Below are positions 1-8,336 of a stretch of 64,000 nt of DNA, piece after piece. Where the stretch lies: assembly GCA_019244185.1 (NCBI GenBank), contig JAFATB010000019.1, positions 224,001-288,000 on the forward strand, in the 5' to 3' direction. This stretch comes from Acidobacteriota bacterium (GTDB taxonomy: Bacteria > Acidobacteriota > Thermoanaerobaculia > Gp7-AA8). How positions within the stretch are numbered: the stretch's first letter is position 1; every line of letters begins with the position of its first letter. The position numbers were made by a program, and so were the translations under genes. Under the pieces are notes generated by a model, which was not told where the DNA came from, did no database searches, and saw only the letters and a program-made list of their open reading frames with translations.

Positions 1-1224
1 CGGGTCATCGAGCGGGTCGTACGGACGCACGGGCTCGCGGCGGATCGTTCCGAGCGGCTCGAAGAGTTCGGGCGCGAGGCTATTCGCTTCGACGTACGGC
101 ATCTGTAAGAAGAACTGCCGCGCTGTATTGCCAAGGAGGTGCGGCCGCATCCGCGCCGGGAAGAGGGACAGACTCTGCGCGGCGAGCGTCAGATGCACGC
201 GGTACTTCCGCGCGGCGACCAGCAGGTCTTCAAGACCGCTCTCCGGCCCGGCAAGGTTGTGCGCTTCGTCGAGGATGATCGAGAAGGGCTCGCGCTTCTC
301 GACCGGCATCCGCTCGCGTCGGAGCGCCGCAAGCTGCAGGGCGTTCACGAGGAAGCGGCCGAGCACGTCCGCGGTCGGCCCGAGGTGGCCGCGAGCGAGG
401 TTCACGAGCACTGTCATACGCCCGTCCACGGCAGCGAGGAGGTCGAAGGTGGACTCGGGCCGGCCGAAGAACCGTTGCACGGCGAATGACCCGAGGAAGG
501 GATCGAGCTTGTTCAAGACGGCCGCAACGTACATCTCCTCGCGCGCGCCGAAGCGGTGCGTGAAGTAGTGCTGGGATTCTGGGCTCGCGGTGACGAGGAT
601 GTCGCGGCGGACGGTGGCGATCAGGAGAAACGCGCGGACATCAATCAGCGTCGCAGGGACACGGCTCTCGATGAGCGCGCGCAGCGTCGCGCGGGTGATC
701 TCCTCGACCTTCACGCCCCACGCCCACGAAGCCGCGTCTTCGGCGGCATATAGGCGCTTCAGGACCCCGACGAGGAGATCGACGTGGCGAGAGACATCCA
801 CGCCCTCAATCGGCGCGAGGGGGTTCCACGCGGGAAGCGTCTCCGGCCGCGTGAAGTCGAGGAGCGCAAGGCGCGGGACGCCGCGCTCCTCCGCGAAGGC
901 CCGCGTTCGCGTGAACAGGTCGCCGTGCAGATCGAGGAGCGCGACGCCTTGGCCGAGCTGGAAGTGCGCTCGTGCGATCTGCTCGAGGAGCGACGACTTG
1001 CCCGAGCCGGTCGCGCCGAGGACGAGCGTGTGCTGCCGAAGATCGTCCGGCGTGAGCCAGCAGACGACCTCCGCACCATCGGGGCCTGCGTACGTCGCGA
1101 ACGGCAGGCCGAGGCCGTGCCGTCGCAGTTGCTCATGCAGGAAGCGATCGCGGGCGAGGTAGAAATCGCGGAGGCCGCGAAGCGTTCGCGTGCGCGTGGT
1201 CTGGTGGCGGAGCGCGAGCCTCAT
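1..1224 (-). CDS. VirD4/TraD-like type IV coupling protein / HerA-FtsK ATPase (3' end beyond window start)
   Basis: Not in the ORF track because it runs off the window. Manual translation from ATG 1224 (ATGA overlap with upstream stop) gives HTLVLGATGSGKS (Walker A), LLDLHGDL, WNPL, IILDEAHNL (Walker B), ARKYRVHLTLAAQS and LLGNT. Confidence 0.85.
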   Translation of the reverse strand, partial: MRLALRHQTTRTRTLRGLRDFYLARDRFLHEQLRRHGLGLPFATYAGPDGAEVVCWLTPDDLRQHTLVLGATGSGKSSLLEQIARAHFQLGQGVALLDLHGDLFTRTRAFAEERGVPRLALLDFTRPETLPAWNPLAPIEGVDVSRHVDLLVGVLKRLYAAEDAASWAWGVKVEEITRATLRALIESRVPATLIDVRAFLLIATVRRDILVTASPESQHYFTHRFGAREEMYVAAVLNKLDPFLGSFAVQRFFGRPESTFDLLAAVDGRMTVLVNLARGHLGPTADVLGRFLVNALQLAALRRERMPVEKREPFSIILDEAHNLAGPESGLEDLLVAARKYRVHLTLAAQSLSLFPARMRPHLLGNTARQFFLQMPYVEANSLAPELFEPLGTIRREPVRPYDPLDDP

Positions 1225-1982
1225 CGTTGACGCGCGGCAGAGATCGCGAGAAGCGCTACGACTATCAGGGCCGCCAGCGCGGCCACGGCAACCCACGTCC
1301 ACGCAGTGAGCCAGCGACCGAACTTGCGCCGCCGCCGGAGTACCCGTCGTTCGGACGCGGTGAGCGGCGGCGGGTCGGTCACGATGAGTGCCGCGTGCGC
1401 TGCGTCCCGGGCGATCAGCCGTGCGCGGCGAAGCTGCCGGAGCCGCCATCGTGCCGACACGCTCGTACGGAACCGCAGCTCGCGCGCGAGCGCCGCCATC
1501 TCCAGCGTCGCGGGCGCGCTCGTGCCGTCACGATGCAGGAGGTACAGGTAGGCGGCGAACGCGCTGCGCCCGATCCGCGGGAGTACGTGGATGAACCAGT
1601 GCGTGGGGAGGTCGTGCCGGATGGAGAGTCCCGGCGGATGCACGTCCGTCCAGGCGGGTGGCGCGGTCTCCGGCAGCTCCACGTCGAGCGTGCCGTTGGT
1701 TGCGTCGAACACGAGCATGCCCGCCGTCGAGAGCTGCTCCAGCCAACCGCGAATGCGCCGCCGTGATGCACCGAGGATCCACACGAGATCGTCCATGAAC
1801 ACGCGCCCGCCGGATCGCTGGCGGAGCGCGCGGATCGTGAGAAGCAGGAGGGCGGGCTCGCGGCCGACGTACGCGATGTCTTCGATGAACGCACCGAGAT
1901 CGGTGCGAAGCATCGTCACGCCATCGGGCGGCGTGCCGCGCTGCTGAAGGATGCGGACGGATTCGCGATCACGCTGCTGCAT
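1221..1982 (-). CDS. Hypothetical protein with possible winged-helix segments and a C-terminal transmembrane helix
   Basis: 253 aa ORF coupled to both neighbours. HTH-like segments MDDLVWILGASRRRIRGWLEQL and MAALARELRFRTSVSARWRLRQL; hydrophobic C-terminus. Confidence 0.6.
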   Translation of the reverse strand: MQQRDRESVRILQQRGTPPDGVTMLRTDLGAFIEDIAYVGREPALLLLTIRALRQRSGGRVFMDDLVWILGASRRRIRGWLEQLSTAGMLVFDATNGTLDVELPETAPPAWTDVHPPGLSIRHDLPTHWFIHVLPRIGRSAFAAYLYLLHRDGTSAPATLEMAALARELRFRTSVSARWRLRQLRRARLIARDAAHAALIVTDPPPLTASERRVLRRRRKFGRWLTAWTWVAVAALAALIVVALLAISAARQR

Positions 1983-2670
1983 GCACGTTCGGTGAAGGGA
2001 TGACGAGAAGGGAGAGATCGCCGCGAAGCGGTGTATCGGGTGCTGCGCACGCGGTCACCATCACCGGCTTTCGCACCGCGGCACGCGTGGCGAGGAGCGC
2101 CCGCACATCATCGGATGCGAAGTCCGCCCGCTCCACGAGGACGAGCGGCGCGGCGGCGGCCGCATCCCGAAGCGATGCGCTCATCGTGGCGTTTCCGGGG
2201 ACCGCGATGACGCCGACGCCTTGCGCGTCGAGCGCGGTCCGCACGTACGCGGTGATCCGCCGGAGCATCGCTGCGTCTGCGATGACGGCGAGTCCGCGCC
2301 CGGTCGTGAGACTTCGCCGGAGGAACTGTGCGACGAACGTTCGCACGGCGCGGTGCGCCGCGTCTGGCAGGTCCGCGAGGTCGTCGAGGGTCGTCCGCGC
2401 CGGCCGCGGCGCGGTATCGAGGCGTCCGACGTGCGCAAGCGGCAACTCGTGTTCGAGGAAGTGGAGCACGAGCTCGCGCACGCGGGGTTGCTCGCCGAAG
2501 GCGCGCAGGATCGCGCCGAGCACGTCCCTCGACGGCGCGTGCGTTCCGGCGCGCAGCCGGTTCAGCATCGACAGGCTCACGCCGAGCGCTTCAGCGAGAT
2601 CGCACGCGCGCCACTTGGCCCGGCGCGCGAGCTGGTCCACTTCGCGAATGACGAGGGCTGGTCGGGGCAC
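1969..2670 (-). CDS. XRE-family HTH protein fused to a degenerate IstB/DnaC-like domain
   Basis: N-terminal ACDLAEALGVSLSMLNRLRAGTHAPS (XRE HTH). C-terminal GRGLAVI...LVLVERAD...RKPVMVT pattern without an intact Walker A. Confidence 0.6.
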   Translation of the reverse strand: MPRPALVIREVDQLARRAKWRACDLAEALGVSLSMLNRLRAGTHAPSRDVLGAILRAFGEQPRVRELVLHFLEHELPLAHVGRLDTAPRPARTTLDDLADLPDAAHRAVRTFVAQFLRRSLTTGRGLAVIADAAMLRRITAYVRTALDAQGVGVIAVPGNATMSASLRDAAAAAPLVLVERADFASDDVRALLATRAAVRKPVMVTACAAPDTPLRGDLSLLVIPSPNVHAAA

Positions 2671-2962
2671 GGAATGCGGGGGAAAGCGCGGTCAATGGTG
2701 CCGAAGTCGCGCCCTCGCGAACGACTGCATCGAGTGTCGACGTGCACGGCGTGCGCATCGTCGAGCTGATCCCGAAGCCGTCGAGCGCGCGCGGCGGATG
2801 CGCGGTCGCACGTCGTTGCACGGAAAGACCGTAGGTCGTGTCCCTAGCATGTGCCGGTCGATGTTTGTTTCCTCCACGCTATGCCGGAGCCTCAGCGCCT
2901 CATCCGAGCATGTCACCGCACGCGCCGAGCAGGAGCGGACGCGTGATCGAACCCGGAACGAT

Positions 2963-4684
2963 GTGCCCGAATCGCTTGCCGAAGCCACAGATAGGCAATC
3001 CGCGCTTTCGTCTACAGCTCCGCCACCGCGAAAGGCGGAACGTCGTCAATCGCGACGACATCCTTCGACGCTTTCCGCCGCGGACCGCGCGGTGCTCCTC
3101 GCGCTCGCGCGTTGCCGCATCCTCTCCTTCGATCAAATCCGCCGGCTCGTCTTCCAGCAGCTCTCGCCGCAACGGGTCGGGCAGCGCGTCCGCGCGCTCG
3201 CCGAGCAAGGATGGCTTCGCACCTGGGAGGACGTCTCACGCGTCGGCGGTCGGCCGCGGTATGCCGTTCCGAGCCGCCGCGCACTTGCCGTCGCACGGCA
3301 AATGCTCGCGGCCGATGCGGCGGCGTCTACAGCGACGCACATTGCATCCGTCGTCCTCCGTCACGCCGATCGCCGGCCGCTCGTCCTCGCACCGCGTGTG
3401 ACTCCCGGGTTCCTTTCGCACCAGCGCGAGGTGAACGACCTCCTCATCGCGTACGGCTCAATCCAGGACGTGCGTCTGCATTGGGCGACGAGCTTCGATC
3501 GTCCGCTTCCGCTGCACGCTCGGGGTCTTGCGCTGCCGCAGCCGGATTACGTGCTCGTCCTCGACGATGCGCTGATCTTCGGCGAGCACGATCGCGGGCA
3601 CGAGTCCCTCGCGCACTTCCGCAGAGCGAAGGCGGAACGCTACGCCGCGCTCGCTGCCCAGCCGGACCTTGTGCGCGAGTTCTTCGGCTTCGATCGTTTC
3701 GTGGTGTGGGTGACCGTCCTCGATGCGCGCGCGGGCGCGCCGCTCCGGCGTCTCTCGTCACTCGTGGAGGTCGCGCGCGATGCGGCCGCATCCGACGTCA
3801 TGGCGTTCACGCTCGCCGGCTGGGCCGTGTCCACGCCCGCAGCTCCGATTTGGTTCTGCGATGGCGCGATGCCGGAGGAGCATTACATCGGCGAGGCGAA
3901 GGCGTCGCCGGCACTCCGCTCGATGCCTGCGCATCCGCCTGCTCGCGGCGTATGGCATCAGCTCCACATCCGGCATGCGCACGCCGTGCGCGACCTCATC
4001 GCCGACGTGCGAGGCGGACGAGGTGCGCGTGGTTCACTGACGACCTCCCGGCCTGCTCCTTCACATCCCGGTCCTCTCCCGCCATTCGCGAGAACGCTCT
4101 CGCGCGGCCGATCCGGCCCTCGGCACGACGTCGCATCACTCGCTCGCTTCCATGCGGAGCATCGATCGATCGTGCAGTGCTTCCGAGATGCGCCCGTGTC
4201 GGCCGCCCGAGGGTGCGCTCGCGCGTGGTCGCGGAGAGGAGGACGTGCGCTCCCTGAAATCACAAGTCGAGGTGTGTCATGTCCGAAGTGGTTGCATTCA
4301 AGAGTGGGAAGGATCTCGCCCCGGAAGGAGATCTCGTCGACGAGGACTCGGTGGTCTGTGCCGATTGCGAGGTGCGCGCAAGCGACGAGCGCGCGTACAT
4401 CGATGGGTGGCAGCTCGATCCGCCGGTTTGCCCGAAGTGCCTGCGGTGGGTTGCGACCGATGCGTGCTGTCAGGTCGCGGAGGTGCGCGATGCTCAACAT
4501 TGAACGGTATCGCGGCACGCGCTTCTGGGGTCTGTACGAGGCGGGGCAACTGCTCTGCGTCACGGTCTACAAGAAGGGTGCGGAAGCGGTGAAAACGCGC
4601 ATCGAGCGCGGCACGCCTGCGCCGGCCCCTTCACCGCCGGTAATCGCGCCTGAGCCGCCGCGGCGCACCCGCCGCCCGGCCTGA
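2963..4684 (+). CDS. Replication-relaxation (Replic_Relax) family protein; frame stays open to 4684
   Basis: LSAADRAVLLALARCRILSFDQIRRL wHTH, LSHQREVNDL, PQPDYVL and GEHDRGHES...KAERY motifs typical of the family. Start at GTG 2963 is estimated; the conserved-looking part ends near 3900. Confidence 0.7.
   Translation: MPESLAEATDRQSALSSTAPPPRKAERRQSRRHPSTLSAADRAVLLALARCRILSFDQIRRLVFQQLSPQRVGQRVRALAEQGWLRTWEDVSRVGGRPRYAVPSRRALAVARQMLAADAAASTATHIASVVLRHADRRPLVLAPRVTPGFLSHQREVNDLLIAYGSIQDVRLHWATSFDRPLPLHARGLALPQPDYVLVLDDALIFGEHDRGHESLAHFRRAKAERYAALAAQPDLVREFFGFDRFVVWVTVLDARAGAPLRRLSSLVEVARDAAASDVMAFTLAGWAVSTPAAPIWFCDGAMPEEHYIGEAKASPALRSMPAHPPARGVWHQLHIRHAHAVRDLIADVRGGRGARGSLTTSRPAPSHPGPLPPFARTLSRGRSGPRHDVASLARFHAEHRSIVQCFRDAPVSAARGCARAWSRRGGRALPEITSRGVSCPKWLHSRVGRISPRKEISSTRTRWSVPIARCAQATSARTSMGGSSIRRFARSACGGLRPMRAVRSRRCAMLNIERYRGTRFWGLYEAGQLLCVTVYKKGAEAVKTRIERGTPAPAPSPPVIAPEPPRRTRRPA
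4279..4503 (+). CDS. Small putative zinc-binding protein (CxxC...CxxC)
   Basis: 74 aa with CADC and CPKC motifs; GAGGTG SD upstream of the ATG. Confidence 0.5.
   Translation: MSEVVAFKSGKDLAPEGDLVDEDSVVCADCEVRASDERAYIDGWQLDPPVCPKCLRWVATDACCQVAEVRDAQH
4490..4684 (+). CDS. Small hypothetical protein (MLNIERYRGTRFWGLYEAGQLLCVTVYKKGA...)
   Basis: GGAGG SD at 4479-4483, ATG at 4490, globular-looking 64 aa sequence. It is in frame with the upstream relaxase ORF. Confidence 0.55.
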   Translation: MLNIERYRGTRFWGLYEAGQLLCVTVYKKGAEAVKTRIERGTPAPAPSPPVIAPEPPRRTRRPA

Positions 4685-4805
4685 CCGGCCCGCGCGCCTG
4701 GTGCGAGCGTTCCGCACCCATGCGGCGCCCAAACGGCGTTACAATGCGCGCCTTGAAAGGACCGAACGAGGAGGTAACCCTAGATGGCTCAACGGTTTCG
4801 AGCGC

Positions 4806-4850
4806 ATGGGGTTCAGGTGGTCGGGGGTTCAAATCCCCCCTGCCCGACCA
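4806..4850 (+). repeat. att site: duplicated 3' half of tRNA-Pro(GGG)
   Basis: ATGGGGT anticodon loop, TCAGG 3' stem, T-arm GGGGG-TTCAAAT-CCCCC and acceptor strand ending GACCA. The 5' half (D arm, 5' acceptor strand) is absent. Confidence 0.85.
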
Positions 4851-4875
4851 AACAACCCCCAATCCCACCAAGAAT

Positions 4876-6042
4876 TTACGCCGCCCGTCTCACGAGCGCG
4901 AGCAATCCTCCGACGGATCCTGCGGCGGCAACACTGACCCAATACGCGCTCGCGTTGCTTTGAAGGAGCAGCGTGCCGAGCGTCGGTCCGGCGAGAAGGC
5001 CGGCGGACCAGGTGAGCGTGTACAGGCCTTGATAGCGGCCGCGAAATTGTTCCGGGGCGAGGGTCGATGCGTAGGCACCGCCGACCGGGGCGAAGATCAT
5101 CTCGCCGCTGGTCCAGGCCACGACGCACAGCACGAGTGCGGGGATCGAGTGCGCGAGGCCGATGAGCGCGAAGCCGGCGCCGAACAGCGTGTAGCCGAGG
5201 GCCAGGATGCGTTGCGGAGGATGACGTTGCGTCCATGACGTGAGTGCGAGCTCGAACAGGACGACGAGCGCGCCATTGAGCGAGATCAGAAACCCATAGG
5301 TCTTCGGCGAGAAGCCGGACTGCTGCAGATAGAGCGGGAACGTCGACGTCACCTGCGGCTCGATCCAGGTGATGCACAGCGTCGCGAGCAGGAAGATGAC
5401 GAACGGCTCGTTGCGCAGCGCGTGGCGAAATCCGCCGCTGACGTGCGCTGCATTCGGCTGCGTTCGCGCGCCGTGCGGAAGCGCGGTGAGCGCGATCGAG
5501 CCGAAGAGCAGCGACGTCGCCGCGTCCGCGATGAAGAGTGCGAAGAATGAGTGGCCGGCGAGGAGACCCGCCGTCGCGGGGCCGGTGGCAAAGCCGAGGT
5601 TGTTGGCCAGGCGGAACATGGCGAAGGCGGTGACGCGCTGCTCCCGCGGAACGAGATCGCCGATAAGCGCGCCCGCGGCGGGCCGGTACATCTCCGACGC
5701 CGCGCCGACGATCAGCACGATCGCGACGATCGCCGGGTACGCGCGCGCCTGCGACAACGCGAGCATCGCCGCGCACGACACGAACATGGAGAACGCGATC
5801 GTGTTTCTGCGTCCGATGCTGTCGGCGAGATGACCGCCTAGCATCGCCGCGATCAGATGTCCACCGCCGTACGCGCTCACGGCGAGTCCCGCCTGCGCGG
5901 CGCTGTAGCCGTGCCGCGTCAGATAGAGGATGAGGAACGGCATCACGAACGTGCCGAAGCGGTTGATGAACGCGCCGGCGAAGAGCGTCCACGCCGCGCG
6001 TGGCAACGCGTGCAGATTTGCACGCAGCGAGTATTGAGGCAT
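4876..6042 (-). CDS. MFS transporter
   Basis: 388 aa with about 12 hydrophobic segments and MFS motif A GHLADSIGRR. Confidence 0.9.
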   Translation of the reverse strand: MPQYSLRANLHALPRAAWTLFAGAFINRFGTFVMPFLILYLTRHGYSAAQAGLAVSAYGGGHLIAAMLGGHLADSIGRRNTIAFSMFVSCAAMLALSQARAYPAIVAIVLIVGAASEMYRPAAGALIGDLVPREQRVTAFAMFRLANNLGFATGPATAGLLAGHSFFALFIADAATSLLFGSIALTALPHGARTQPNAAHVSGGFRHALRNEPFVIFLLATLCITWIEPQVTSTFPLYLQQSGFSPKTYGFLISLNGALVVLFELALTSWTQRHPPQRILALGYTLFGAGFALIGLAHSIPALVLCVVAWTSGEMIFAPVGGAYASTLAPEQFRGRYQGLYTLTWSAGLLAGPTLGTLLLQSNASAYWVSVAAAGSVGGLLALVRRAA

Positions 6043-6076
6043 GTCCGCAATCTAGCGGCCGCGCGAATCGCGTGCG

Positions 6077-6093
6077 ATTACCTGGCAGGTAAT
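6077..6093. promoter_or_regulatory. Palindromic operator ATTACCT-N3-AGGTAAT
   Basis: Perfect 7-bp inverted repeat between the divergent MFS and paralog genes; a near-identical copy lies at 8297-8313. Confidence 0.65.
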
Positions 6094-6128
6094 TGAACGC
6101 ACGCGCACGGCGACGCATCGTTGGGCGC

Positions 6129-6770
6129 ATGAGCAACGATTCGTATGCACGCATCTCATTCCTGCGTCCGCACGACGGCGACACCGTCGACTTCGAAGCG
6201 GGCTACATCCGCCATCTCGAATGGCATCGACAAGCGAACGATCCGTGGACGTGGTTCGGATGGACGGTGTGGGCCGGCGAGCGTCAGCGCTGGTTCGTCT
6301 ACGCGACGTTCAATCGCACGCCCGCCGAACTCGACAGCGCCGTCGATCCTGCCGGCGATGAACGCGACAACATCGTCAACGTCACGCCGCACGGCGCGTT
6401 CCTCGGCAGCGCGCTCTTTCGCTACCTGCCCGACGCCTCGCGCGGGAGCGGCGAGCCGTCGGCATCGACGCGCGTCGAACTGACCACGGTCGACCTGCAA
6501 CCGGGCGGTGAAGGGTCGTTCGAACGCGCGCTGAACGAACGGCAGCCGTCGCTGCAGGGCGAGACGCTCTGGTTCCGCATGATCGCCGGCGGACCCGCGC
6601 CGCGCTATCTGAGACTTCGCCCGCGCGCGAACTTCTCGGCGCTGCTCGACTCGATCGAAGAACAAGCGCTGCCGCTGCCAATCGCAACATCAACGACCGT
6701 GAAGTCGACGATCGAGATCCTCAGTCTGCGTCCGGCGATGTGCTACGGCCTGAAGGAGAAACGCTCATGA
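6129..6770 (+). CDS. Hypothetical protein (NIPSNAP/dimeric alpha-beta barrel-like), paralog 1
   Basis: FEAGYIRHLEWHRQANDPWTW motif; clearly similar to the next ORF over its whole length. Confidence 0.7.
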   Translation: MSNDSYARISFLRPHDGDTVDFEAGYIRHLEWHRQANDPWTWFGWTVWAGERQRWFVYATFNRTPAELDSAVDPAGDERDNIVNVTPHGAFLGSALFRYLPDASRGSGEPSASTRVELTTVDLQPGGEGSFERALNERQPSLQGETLWFRMIAGGPAPRYLRLRPRANFSALLDSIEEQALPLPIATSTTVKSTIEILSLRPAMCYGLKEKRS

Positions 6771-7465
6771 AGCGTTGGCTGCTCGCGGTCCTCGTCCTCG
6801 TCCCCGCGATTCTCCCGGCGCAGGAAGCGGCAGTCGGTCCGTTCGCGCGCATCGCCATCCTTCGCGCGAACGACGGCCAGAGCGTCGATCTCGAAGCGGG
6901 GTACCTGCGCCATCTCGAATGGCATCGGCAGGCGAAGGATCCGTTCAAGTGGTACAGCTACACCGTCTGGGCGTCGACGGAGCGACAGCGCTGGCTGATC
7001 TACGCGACGTTCGGGCATACCGCCGAGAGTCTCAGCAATCCGGTCAATCCCGCCGACGACGAGCGCGACAACGTCATCAACGTTCTGCCGCACGCCCAGT
7101 TCCTGGGCAATGGCGTGTATGAGTTTCTGCCGGCGCTCTCGCGCGGCAACGGCGTGCCGACGCCGACGTTGCGCGCGGAGCTCATGACCGTCGAGCTGAA
7201 TCAGGGCGCGGGCAAAGCGTTCGAGGCAGCCATCGCCGCCGAGCAGTCGAAGCTGCAGGGCGAGACGCTTTGGTATCGAATGATCGCGGGCGGCAACCTG
7301 CCGTGCTACGTGCGGCTGCGTCCGCGCGCCAGTCTCGCCGCGATTCTCAACGAGCGCGCGGATCAGGCCTTGCCGGACAAAGTGAGTCCGCTGATCGCAA
7401 AGGTGACCGTCGAAACGCTCAACCTTCGACCGAACATGCTCGTCAACGTCACGGCCGTGCAATGA
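6767..7465 (+). CDS. Hypothetical exported protein, paralog 2
   Basis: ATGA overlap; signal peptide MKRWLLAVLVLVPAILPA; LEAGYLRHLEWHRQAKDPFKW motif shared with paralog 1. Confidence 0.75.
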   Translation: MKRWLLAVLVLVPAILPAQEAAVGPFARIAILRANDGQSVDLEAGYLRHLEWHRQAKDPFKWYSYTVWASTERQRWLIYATFGHTAESLSNPVNPADDERDNVINVLPHAQFLGNGVYEFLPALSRGNGVPTPTLRAELMTVELNQGAGKAFEAAIAAEQSKLQGETLWYRMIAGGNLPCYVRLRPRASLAAILNERADQALPDKVSPLIAKVTVETLNLRPNMLVNVTAVQ

Positions 7466-8261
7466 GGCGCTGCGAGGCTTCTTCCGTCGCCGCGTCGGCG
7501 GGGAAGAACGCCTCGACGCGCAGCTCCTGCAGCGTGATGTCGTGCGGCGTGCCGAGGCTCGTGAGGGTGGAGAAGTAGCGAAGACCGAGATCGTCTTTCT
7601 GAAATTCGATCGCGAGGAACGGCGCCGTCGACGCGTCGAGATCGAGCGTCCGCCATCGCGGCGGAACTCCGGGATACGTCAACAAGTCCGCGAGCAGGCG
7701 CCGCGTGTCCGCGCCTCCGAGTCCGCTGAGAACGTCGCGATGCAGCCACTGAATCAGGGCGGCAGCCATCGCTTCCCAGTTGACGATGTGCTGCCGCAGT
7801 CCGCGCGGATGAAACATCAACCGCATGGCGTTGCCGGCCCACTCGTTCGCGGCGTCGGGATCGGCAAATGCCTCGACGAGCTTCACCGCGCCGTGGTTCG
7901 CCTTCAGCAGATTCCAGGAGCGATCGACGACGATGGCCGGATACGGCTCCTGCTGCCTGAGCATGAAGTCGACCGCGCGCCGCGCCTGTTCGAGCGCGGG
8001 CGCGTCGAGATCGGTGGCGCGGTAGATCGCCGCGTAGCCCGCGGACACGAGCAGATCGTTGCGATCGCGCAGCGGTACGTCGAGCACGCGCGCGAGCACG
8101 AGGATCATCTCGCGGCTCGGTTGCGCGCGTCCCGTCTCGATGAAGCTCACGTGACGCGACGACACGCCCGCTTCGAGCGCGAGGTCGAGCTGACTGACGC
8201 GACGTCGCGAGCGCCACTCGCGGAGCAGGCGTCCGAATGGGCGTTCCAGTTCTGCGGCCAT
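7449..8261 (-). CDS. XRE-family regulator with MmyB-like ligand-binding domain
   Basis: SQLDLALEAGVSSRHVSFIETGRAQPSREM HTH; QEPYPAIVVDRSWN and GTPHDITLQELRVEAFFPAD C-terminal motifs. Confidence 0.9.
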   Translation of the reverse strand: MAAELERPFGRLLREWRSRRRVSQLDLALEAGVSSRHVSFIETGRAQPSREMILVLARVLDVPLRDRNDLLVSAGYAAIYRATDLDAPALEQARRAVDFMLRQQEPYPAIVVDRSWNLLKANHGAVKLVEAFADPDAANEWAGNAMRLMFHPRGLRQHIVNWEAMAAALIQWLHRDVLSGLGGADTRRLLADLLTYPGVPPRWRTLDLDASTAPFLAIEFQKDDLGLRYFSTLTSLGTPHDITLQELRVEAFFPADAATEEASQRLIARP

Positions 8262-8296
8262 GCCGCGCAATCTACACTCCGCGCGAACGGCGAGCC

Positions 8297-8313
8297 ATTA
8301 CCTGCGAAGTAAT
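8297..8313. promoter_or_regulatory. Palindromic operator ATTACCTGCGAAGTAAT upstream of the XRE regulator
   Basis: Same motif and similar flanks as 6077-6093. Confidence 0.6.
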
Positions 8314-8336
8314 GGAACGGCTGCGCCGCTCGTCAA

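Larger units (their letters stand above)
1..4850. mobile_element. Right part of an integrative (ICE/IME-like) element inserted at tRNA-Pro(GGG); left end outside the window
   Basis: Contains a coupling-protein-like ATPase, a relaxase-like gene and small accessory ORFs. Ends exactly at a duplicated tRNA-Pro 3' half (4806-4850), after which ordinary backbone genes resume. Confidence 0.75.

Noticed and set aside
2000-2962. N-terminal third of the 894-aa ORF 2000..4684
   Set aside because: Antisense shadow of the XRE gene plus intergenic DNA; Arg/Ala/Ser-rich and lacking motifs.
4801-4850. Complete tRNA-Pro gene
   Set aside because: Only the anticodon loop to CCA is present; there is no D arm or 5' acceptor strand, so it is treated as an att duplicate.
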